Source: Fonticula alba ATCC 38817 (lineage: Eukaryota; Protista; Nucleariida). From it: a stretch of 15,303 nucleotides of DNA. Shown here piece by piece: positions 1-9,732 of this stretch; within the stretch, counting starts at the first letter, position 1, and each line of letters starts with the position of its first letter. The translations under genes and the position numbers were made by a program. The stretch is from the NCBI GenBank assembly GCA_000388065.2, contig KB932201.1; one strand, written 5' to 3'. The notes beneath the pieces were generated by a model. It made no database searches and was not told the origin of the DNA. It saw only the letters and a program-made list of their open reading frames with translations.

Positions 1-576
1 CCCTCGCCCCCCGCTCCCCGGCAACCAGCCCTGGCGCTTTCCAGGATGCTCAAGCACAACAACGCGGACGACAGTAACTGGCCATGCTCGACACCGGCGA
101 GCGGGCCCCCACCCACGGCCACGTCGGCGCGGCGCCGTGCGCGCTCTCGGCGGGGCCCGGGGCGGCCGGGGGAGGGTTACGGCAACGGCGAGCCTGGGCC
201 CCGCCCCCTGCCGCCCCCCCCCCCCCCCGGGGCAATACATTGTCATTTCCGGGGGGGATCGTCCGCCGACGGACGGGCCGTGGCCAGTGCGCGCGAGTGC
301 GCGCACGCTGGCGCCGACGATGGTGCGTTGGCATTATATTTGGATAGTCGGCAGTCCCTTCTTGTGGAGACGAAGGGGGGGGGGAACCGGCGGATCGTCC
401 ATCCTGGGGAGGGGAGGCTGCCAGCCACATTGGCAACCGCCAGGGGACTAGAGAGTCAGCGCGACGATCTGGCGGGACACGACAGGGGGCCGCCGCGCAT
501 CCTCTTGCCTCTCCACACCCTCCCTTGTGCCTCTTCCTCACCTCGCAGGCATCCGGCCCCTCGCCCGCCCGACACG

Positions 577-648
577 CCTCCTCTCTCCCTCTCGCCCTCC
601 TCCTGTGCACACACACACACACACATATACGCACACACGCACACACAC
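577..648 (+). repeat. CT tract followed by a (CA)n/(CACG) microsatellite in the ASH2 upstream/5' leader region
   Basis: cctctctctccctctc...gcacacacacacacacatatacgcacacacgcacacacactc. Confidence 0.9.
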
Positions 649-677
649 TCCGGGCTCCCGTCTTCTCTTCGCCGGCG

Positions 678-2861
678 ATGTCCTCCGGCGCGCCACACCA
701 TGAGGATCACACCAGGACGGCGGCCATGTCAAACCCGCTAGGCCGACGGCCGTCGACCGAAGATCTGTGCGTCGGTCGCCGTCTTTCCGCCGCCTCCGTC
801 CCCCTCCCTCCCTNNNNNNNNNNNNNNNNNNNNNNNNNNNNNNNNNNNNNNNNNNNNNNNNNNNNNNNNNNNNNNNNNNNNNNNNNNNNNNNNNNNNNNN
901 NNNNNNNNNNNNNNNNNNNNNNNNNNNNNNNNNNNNNNNNNNNNNNNNNNNNNNNNNNNNNNNNNNNNNNNNNNNNNNNNNNNNNNNNNNNNNNNNNNNN
1001 NNNNNNACCTCCCCCCTCCTCCCCCCGCCCTGTGCAGCTTCCACCAGTTCCGCCATATTACCGGTCCGCCCTCCGAGAGGCCATACAACCGCGATGGGTA
1101 TCGGTACTGTTGGGCCGAGCTCGATCCCCACCTGCCGATCGCGCGCGAGCGCATCCCCCCGGCGGTGGCCCTGTCGTTGGAAGACCGCGCGTCGGTGATC
1201 CGCCTGTCGGAGGCCCCTCCCGGGATTGGGGCGGCCCTGCCACCGGGCTTCCATTGCGTGCATGGGGGGGCCGGGGCCGGGCGAGCTGGCTGCCCGGCCG
1301 ATGCCCCGGCCCCCGACCCCGGCATCCCAAACAACCCCCCGCCCGACCAGCCACCCGGCCCTTGGGAGGAAGATGCGCAGGTGGTTTGCCGCCGGCGAGT
1401 GGCCTCCATCGAAACCAGCGGCTACCGGTCCATCCGGGCGACGCACTTTGCCGGCCCCGGGGCCGGGACCCTCTACTTTGAAGTGCGCCTGGAGCCGGCG
1501 ATCCCGGTCCGGCTGACGGCCGCCAGTGTGCTGGCCAGCCGGGCCTTTCGCGCGGCGGCCGCCGGCTGTGTCTCTCCTGGAGCGTCGCTTTCCTCGGCGC
1601 TGGCCTCCAACGACCAGATCCTTGTCACCCTTGAAGGCCGGGTGGTCGGTGCCACCACCAATGCCACCCAGGCGGCATCCATTGCCGCGGCGCACCTGCC
1701 ATCCCTGCTGCCACCGCCGCCACTGGCCCCGGGGCTGGTGCCGGCGCCTGCCACCTCTGGCGATCTCCCCGCCGGGCGTGCCTCCGGCCGGCAGGCCGAC
1801 CCGGCCGACGCCCTGGAGGATAGCCTCCCCCGGCCGGCGGTGCGAGTCGGCGTGTCCACCCGCCATGGAGCGCTGGATGCGCCGGTGGGCGCGGATGCCC
1901 ACGGCTTCGGGCTGGTCCCGCACGCCGGCACCGTGGTGCATGATGCTCGCTGCCGGGCATATGGCCCGCCACTTGGGGAATACCGCGCCGGCGATGTGAT
2001 CGGCATCCTCCTTCATCTGCCCGGGGGTATGTGAAGCCACGGCAGCCAAGGGTCCTTCGCTGGAATTGCCCGGACCGCCGTCGCCAGCCCCTCTTGCGCT
2101 TGCCCGCACGGGCATTCTCTCCTTTCCGCTGACCCCCGCCCCGCCCTCGACAGATCCCGCCCTCGCGGTGGCCGCCCCAGTGGCACGCCGTGAGCGTGTT
2201 GTCATTGTCATGAAAAACCACCTCTTCTTCGAGGACCCGGTATGTGTGGTGGCCGCATGCTGTGGGGCCGTTGCTCCTCCGGCTCCGAGCCCCCTCCCGG
2301 TGTACTGACCGTCTTCCCACAAGCCCAATGCCCTGTCCACGGTCGAGGACAGCCCCACCGACGGGCAGCCCGGCTCACCAGGTCCCGGCAGCCTGTCCTT
2401 CCTGCACAATGGCCGCTTCCTCGGGGAAGCCTTCACCAACCTGCCCCAGCAGCAGCACTTCTCCCCGACAATCTCCCTGTATTACGGCGCACGAGTGTCC
2501 GTCAACTTCGGGCCCATCTTCGATCGGCCACCCTGCCGGCAGCAACTTCCCGGTGCGTTGAGAACTCGTGTTCCCGGAGGAGGGCGCTTAGTTCCGCCTG
2601 GCAGGGGTGCAGGAAAGGGCAAGAGGCCGGCCGATCCCCAGCCTCTTAGCTTCATGCCATCCTCGCGAGCCGCCTGCTAACTCGCGATCTGGACCCCCTC
2701 CCCGCTGCCCCTTTCCAGAACATTTGCGCGAGTGGCGCCCCTTCTCGGAGCGCGTGCGCGACAGCGCCATCGAGTGCACCGTCAACAACCTCCTTGAGCA
2801 AGTCCTCTTCCCGCGGGATCTCCGGCAACGGCCCTCTCGGCAGGAGGCCCCGCCTTCATAG
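678..2861 (+). CDS. ASH2: ASH2L/Bre2 homolog (SPRY-domain subunit of the Set1/COMPASS H3K4 methyltransferase); 5 exons: 678-766, 1038-2026, 2154-2239, 2324-2552, 2719-2861
   Basis: The exons join in phase to 1536 nt (511 aa + TAG). Motifs match ASH2L in order: PYNRDGYRYCWAELDPHLP (cf. PFNKDGYRYILAEPDPHAP), VALSLEDRASVIRLSE (cf. VLLALHDRAPQLKISD), GYRSIRATH, LYFEV, RVGVST..LDAPVGADAHGF, EYRAGDVIGILLHLP, RVVIVMKNHLFFE, LSFLHNGRFLGEAF, FSPTISLYYGARVSVNFGPIF, and the C-terminal WRPFSE..AIECTVNNLLEQV (DPY30/Sdc1-binding helix). Donors GTGCGT/GTATGT; branch-like CTGAC/CTAAC in introns 2-4. Exon 1 and the start codon are less certain (alternative ATG at 726; intron 1 contains an N gap). Confidence 0.93.
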
Positions 2862-3154
2862 CGCGCCCCGCACGCGAGGACCGAGTACATCGGGCAGGAA
2901 CCGACGCCGCTCCTCTCTACCTCCCTTTTATAGACAGCAGCAAGCAGACTCCCGCGTGGCAATGCGCCAAAAGCCATCAGGCCGACCTCTTTCCTTTCTT
3001 ATCCTGCCCATGAGGAGGGGAGGGGAGGGGGGGGGGGGGGCAGCAAATTCTATTGGTTCCGGGTGCGCATCGGGCCTACGCGTGGCGCCGAGGCTCCCGG
3101 CTTGTGGGGTGCCCTGAAGGACAGGTGAGAAGGAGAGAAAGGCAGGCGGCAAAG

Positions 3155-6100
3155 TCAAGACATCAGCGTGGCTGCCTCCGGCTTGGATGGGTTGGGCTTG
3201 GCGTCGCCAGCGCCAGCGCCGGCAGCAGGGGCACCGACCGTGGTGCCGGCCGCGACCGGGGCGGCCTTCTTCGGCTCGGCCGCGGTGGCTTCCCCCTTGG
3301 GGGCCAGCTTACGCTCGGACACCGCCGACACGGGTCCAGCCACCGCCGGAGGAGCGGGCTGCCTGTTGGCAACCAACTTGGCGACGGTCGCGGCGGCGGC
3401 GGCGGCAGTTTTGGCCGCCGCCGCAATGGCTGCGCTGACCCTGGTCTTGGCGGTGGGGGCGGCGGTGGGGGCGGCGGTGGGGGCGGCGGTGGGGGCGGCG
3501 GGGGGGGCGGCGGTGGAGGCGGCGGTGGAGGCGAGCTTGGAGGCCGTAAGCTTGGATTGCGTGGCGGCCTTGGTAGCGGTGGGCTTGCTTGCAGTGGTCT
3601 TGGCAGCCGCAGTGGCCGCCTTGGCAGCCGCAGTGGCCTTGACCGGCGCGGCCTTGGCTGCGAGGGTCTTAACCCCGAGGGCCTTCGCCGCGGTGGTTTT
3701 AGCCGCGGTGGTTTTCACCGTGGTGGCCTTGGCTGTGGTGGCCTTGGCTGTGGCGGCTTTCGCCGTGGCAGGCTTGGCCGTGATCGACTTGGTTCCAAGT
3801 GACTTGGCTGTGGGCGGCTTGGCTGTGGTGGTCTTCTTCGCCACTGCCACCGGCACCAGGGGACTTGCTGGCGTGATGGCAGGGGCCCCGGTGATCGTGG
3901 CGACAGGAGTGGCAGCCGCGGCAGGCACATTCACCGTGACGATGAGCGCGCCGCCGGCCGGAGGGGGCGCCCCCCCGGCAGCGGCCGTACTACTGGCGAT
4001 CGGCGTGGTGGGGGTCGTCTTCGCGGTCTTGACGGCGCTCTTCTTGGCCATGGCCGTGGACTTGGCCAGCTTGGCGGCCGCGACGCCGGTCGCCCCAGCC
4101 GTGACCTTGCTCAGCTTGGGCTTGGCAGTGGCTGTAGCAGTGAGCCCGACAGCGGCCTTGGTGGTCTTGAGCACTTTGGTGGCCTTGGTGGCCTTGGTAG
4201 CCTTGGTGGCCTTGGCCAGCACATTGAGCGCCTTCCTCGGCGGGGCAGAGGAGCCGGCCGCGGGCAGGGTGGCTGTGCCGGCAGCAGCGGGAATCGCAGC
4301 AGCAGCAGCAGCAGCAGCAGTGGCAATGGCCGGCGAGGAGGAAGCAGCGGAAGCAGGCACGCCAGAGGGATTGAGATTGGGCAAGGCAGATGTCGCGGCG
4401 GCGGTGGCGGGGATGGCAGTCGCCGTGGCCGCCGCCGGGGCGCCAGTGCCAGTAGTACTGGCAGTGACGGCCGTGACTGCCGGGGTCTTGCGCCTTTTCG
4501 CCGCTGGCAGGGAATCGGCGGCCGAGGCCGAGCGCTTGGTCCCGGCCGAGGAACTGGCCGGCTTGCTGACCGGACTAGCGCGAGTGGCCCCGAAGTTCAG
4601 CTTCGTCTGCACGGACGATGCCTTCGACGAGGTGGCGCTCAGAGCACCAGCGGAGGACTTGGCTGGCGACCCCGACGGGGTGACCGTCGAGGGGGCCGCC
4701 TTCTTCCGAGGGATCTTCCGCACGGCGGCGGCCTTCGGCACGGCGCCAGTGGCCGGTGGCGGCTGGAGAATGGCCGCCAGGGGGACGCCCTCGGAGGCCG
4801 GGGGGGCGTCTGTCCCGGCGGGAGTTGTCCCATCGGTGACCTTGATCCCCGGCATGGTCTTCAGGGTGGTGGACATCGAGGAAACCGGCATGAAGAGACC
4901 GATGCGGTTGTGTCGCGAGTGGTGCTGCGTCCTGGTGATGTGCGCCGCCAGGTCTTCGATGCTGAAGCCGCGAAGGGCCGCCACGCTGGTGGAGTCCAGG
5001 ATGACCTGAAGAAGAGAGACAACGAGGCGCGGGTCAGAGGCGGGGAGGGGGGGGGGGCGAATAGCAGCGAAGAAGGGCCCCGGCGAGCGTTGTGCACAAG
5101 TGCCGCACCTTGTCAAAGAAGATGGCCGTTCGCCGTTTGGCGTCCTGGTTCAGCCTGCTATCGAATTCCCGCTGATCAAACCCCTCCGGGATTTGGTCAC
5201 CCGTGGAGGGGAAGCTTCAAGCACGATCCGCATGNNNNNNNNNNNNNNNNNNNNNNNNNNNNNNNNNNNNNNNNNNNNNNGTAAAGGAGGAGGAGGGGGG
5301 GGGGGGGGAAGAAAGGGGGGAGAAATGCCGTGTCAGTGACATCCTACCGGCCGGGGCTCACCCCTGGGGGTCAAGGGACAAATGATCGGATGGCACCTGG
5401 CGAGGATGGCCTCGGAGTAGGTCTCGCAGCGAATGAATCGGAGACAGTCACGCAAGAGCGTGGCACTGGACCCGGGAATGTCGAAGGGGATGCTTTTGAG
5501 AGCGGCCGGGGGGGCATCCTTTCCAGCGGCTAAGGTGGCGCATGACAAAGCACAAGCCCGGGGTCAGCACCCTGTCAGCACATGAAGTCGGGTCGCCATG
5601 CCGGCCATTTCCTATGGCGTCAAAGGTGACGAAAGAACGGGCAATCAAGCGGTCGGGCGTACTTGTCAGCGAGCCACCAGGTTTCGAGTCCAGGTGCTGC
5701 TCGATGTTGCGCAGGTATTCGGCCTCGCTGGCCCGCCGACCGGACAGCATGTCGGCCCGCAGGGTTTTGAAGATGTTGATCTGCAAGCAGATGCCCAAGC
5801 ACGCAAGTCAGTTACCAAGGACACCGGGTGATAGATGCACGTCCGAGGGAGATGGGGAGAAGAGAGGGAGACGGGTAGGAAGGCATGCGGATGGGAGGCC
5901 GGGCGCAGCCGGTGGCAGCAGCAGCAGCAGCAGCAGGATGGAGGGGAGAGAGAGAGAGAGAGAGAGCAATAAAAGGAAAGGAAGGACAGCAATAGCCAGG
6001 GCATCGGACCATTAGATCGCGCATATTGCTGCCGCGGAAGTAGGCCAGAAGTTGGAACCAGAACTCAAGATGCAACTGCGACGCATTGACCAAATAGAGG

Positions 6101-7814
6101 TAAACCAGCTCCGCGGCGGTGGAGATGATGGACGCGGTGTCTGTACGTGCCCCAGTGCAGGGTCAGTCATCGATGGAAAGACATGTGAATAAGCAGGACC
6201 ATCAGGATGCGAGCCAAACGGAGGAAGAGCGCCCGCGTCGCATGCCGCCCACCGCAACGCCCGAAGGAGGCCGCCCATGTCCCATGAGAGCCCCGAACAT
6301 GGTGATGGCGATGGCGATGGCGGTGGCGATGGCGATGACACCGGTGTGCCAGTGATGACGTACCCTTTTTGCCCCGCAGCGCCAGGAAGCGCCTCTTGAT
6401 GCTGCTGAACTGCAGGGTCTTTTTGGAAGCCTGGGCATTGGAGAGGAACAGATCCCGGAAGGGCATGCGGCTCTTGGGCAGCGGCCGCGGGGGGTCGTTC
6501 CCGGTGAGCGTGACCATGGTGACGAACCCCGGTGGCGGGGCGGTGGATTTCCTGAAGCGCCAGATGATTGAGCAGCAATGCCGAGGTCAGTGGTCGATCG
6601 GAGGAACATGCCAGGCCGGCGCGGAGCCATGGTCAAACACAGGGAAGCACGCCCGGCTGGTCGGGCGGCTGGGGCACGCACTTTCGGCCGGTGGACTTTT
6701 CCGAGCGCGAGGAGGACTTCTTCTTGGAAGAAGACTTGGAAGCCGTGCGCCGGCGCTTGGTCGGAGGCTCGTTGACTTCGGTCTCGCCGGTTCCGGTACC
6801 GGACAGCACGAGCAGGCATGTATGCTTTTGGCCCGGCAGCGGAGCGAAGCTGACCACCAGCTGAAGAGAGAGAGGAAGGAACAGGAGGCAGTCGGGCGTG
6901 TGAGTGCAAGGCCTGTGAGGAGATAGAGAGAGAGAAGGGGGGAGAGAGGAGCATGTGTGTGTGCGTGTGTGTGCGTGTGGTCGGAGCGAGAGGAAGCAGG
7001 GGTGCCGGCTGGATGGTCGACAGGCAGCCAGTGGTAACTATGAGCAGCACAGCCACCGGGCCTGGGCCGCCCGGGCCGAGCACCGGATCGAGGACATACC
7101 TCCTCCTCGCCATCGTCAATGAACGGGTCGGCCGTGTCATACTCATCATCATCGCCGGCGGCCTTGGAAGAGCGCCGGCGCTTGGGCTCGGCATCAGCAC
7201 CAGCCCGGCGCCGGGGCCGGCTACTGGACGTGGCGGCCGTAGTGTCATTCGTCGCAACCAGCAGGTGCTGAATCTCGCGGTGGTAGCGCCGGAGGCGTTT
7301 GCTCTGTGTGCCGACCGATGGCGGGGGGCGGGGGGAGGGAGGTGTGCATGTGCCCGGAGACCCGGGTGGCCAGGCAAGGGAACATACTCGGTGAGTAGGC
7401 AGGAATGTAGGCACATGTGAGCCAGAAAGACAGGGCGCACCGGGAAGGGAGTGATCTCCACGAAGTTGCTCCAGTTGAAGTTGTCGAGGCGGAAGATTCG
7501 CGGCACGGTAGACGCCAGGGTCGCCGGGCGGTGAGCCGCCGAGAAGGAGGTCAGCTGCGCCTCATTCGGATCATCTACCACAGACAGGTCCTCGCCGGCC
7601 TCCTCCTCTTCGGCACCGGCCTTCGACGAGGTGGCAGCCGCCGGGGAGGGCCCGGCAGCCTGCGGCTGACTGCTGGCCGCTGCCGTGGCATCAGCCATGC
7701 GGAACATGCTGGACAGGGTGACTTGGCCTTTGACCGTGGGCGCCAAGGGGACCACACCGGCGGTGGCGGCCACAGCCGGAGCGCCAGGAGCAGCAACAGT
7801 GGGAGCAGCAGTGG

Positions 7815-7858
<44 letters not shown>

Positions 7859-9639
7859 GTGGCAGGATCATTCGCAACTGCGGCAGCAGTGCCGGCGACC
7901 GGCGCCGAGGGAGGTGAGGGGGCAGTCGCGGCAGATGCCGCTGCTGCTACTGCACCCGAGGCGGATACATTCATGACATCGGAAGCAGCTGGCACATCAC
8001 CCGGCGCGGCTGACCCTGCGGTCGCCACCGATGGCAGCAGGGCCACCGGGTCGGCGGCAGGCTCGGACCCCGTCGGCAGGCCCAACTCCTCCGGCTGCCC
8101 GGCCGCACCGGGTGATGGTGGCTTGGCCAAGCTCGAGACTGGGAGCGAGGAGGACACCACCACGGTCCCCGGCCCGGGCAGGGGGGGCTCCCCGAAACCG
8201 GGCTGCTTGGCTGCCGGCTGCTCCGACGAGAGGGACATGTACCCCAGCACCGGAGCCGCATGCATCCCTGGCAGGGACTCCCACGCAGAGCGGATGACCC
8301 GCTGCGGAGGACGCGTCACGCGTAGACCCCCAAAAGGCAAGGCCACGCGCATGTGGCCGGACCCCGTGGCACCCGGCCCGGGGAGGTCGACCGACGCCAG
8401 AAGCGTGTCATCGGTCGGGATGGAGTGGAAATCCGAGGACATCGGCAATTCGGCGGCCAACTGCCGCTCAATCAGAGTGATCCGCTGGGACAGGACATGC
8501 TGCTGTGAGGGGGGCATGAGCGCCGGGACCGGGCGTCGGACGCCAGCGCCATCATCATCCTCGTCATCCTCATCCAGCTCATCATCCTCATCGTCCTCCA
8601 GGTCCACCTCGATGTCGCCCTCGTCCTCCTCGTCCTCNNNNNNNNNNNNNNNNNNNNNNNNNNNNNNNNNNNNNNNNNNNNNNNNNNNNNNNNNNNNNNN
8701 NNNNNNNNNNNNNNNNNNNNNNNNNNNNNNNNNNNNNNNNNNNNNNNNNNNNNNNNNNNNNNNNNNNNNNNNNNNNNNNNNNNNNNNNNNNNNNNNNNNN
8801 NNNNNNNNNNNNNNNNNNNNNNNNNNNNNNNNNNNNNNNNNNNNNNNNNNNNNNNNNNNNNNNNNNNNNNNNNNNNNNNNNNNNNNNNNNNNNNNNNNNN
8901 NNNNNNNNNNNNNNNNNNNNNNNNNNNNNNNNNNNNNNNNNNNNNNNNNNNNNNNNNNNNNNNNNNNNNNNNNNNNNNNNNNNNNNNNNNNNNNNNNNNN
9001 NNNNNNNNNNNNNNNNNNNNNNNNNNNNNNNNNNNNNNNNNNNNNNNNNNNNNNNNNNNNNNNNNNNNNNNNNNNNNNNNNNNNNNNNNNNNNNNNNNNN
9101 NNNNNNNNNNNNNNNNNNNNNNNNNNNNNNNNNNNNNNNNNNNNNNNNNNNNNNNNNNNNNNNNNNNNNNNNNNNNNNNNNNNNNNNNNNNNNNNNNNNN
9201 NNTATGGTCGTCCGCCAGCAGGGCCTTGGACCGTTTGGACTTCTTGGACTTGCTGCGAATCTGGGCCCGGGAGGACGGCAGACCGGGCGCCGGGGCGGAG
9301 CCATCCGTGTCGGACTCCGCCTCGGAGTCCGACCCGGAGCCCGAGTCCTCCTCATCATCATAGCCCGAGTGGCTGTCATACCCATCATAGCCACTGGAGT
9401 GCGAGTCATAGCCACTGCCAGACCCAGAGCCGCTGCCAGAGCCGGACCCGCTGCCGGACCCGCTGCCGGACTCGGACCCGGACCCGGACCCGGACCCGCT
9501 GCCGGAATCCGAGCCCGATCCACTGCCGGAGTCCGAGCCCGATCCACTGCCGGATCCGGATTCCGACCCAGATCCCGAGCCAGAGCCCGAGCCGGAATCC
9601 GACCCGGAGCCCGAGCCCGAGCCCGAGTCCGAACCCGAA

Positions 9640-9686
<47 letters not shown>

Positions 9687-9687
9687 A

Positions 9688-9732
<45 letters not shown>

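Noticed and set aside
46-741. 231-aa + strand ORF and overlapping ORFs in 1-740 (MLKHNNADD...)
   Set aside because: No recognizable motif; it runs through G/C homopolymers and CA microsatellites. A short exon of an upstream gene near 29-80 cannot be excluded but is unsupported.
538-2439. 633-aa minus-strand ORF
   Set aside because: Antisense shadow of ASH2 in GC-rich DNA; it also reads through an N gap.
3168-5009. 613-aa Ala/Val/Leu-rich + strand ORF that looks like a multi-pass membrane protein
   Set aside because: Exact antisense of the K/A/T-rich ubinuclein exon (AAG/ACC codons read as Leu/Val); the splice signals and HRD homology are on the minus strand.
3155-5116. Stand-alone histone H1 gene
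   Set aside because: No H1 globular winged-helix domain; the ORF start lies across an intron (5108-5006) that joins in phase to upstream ubinuclein exons.
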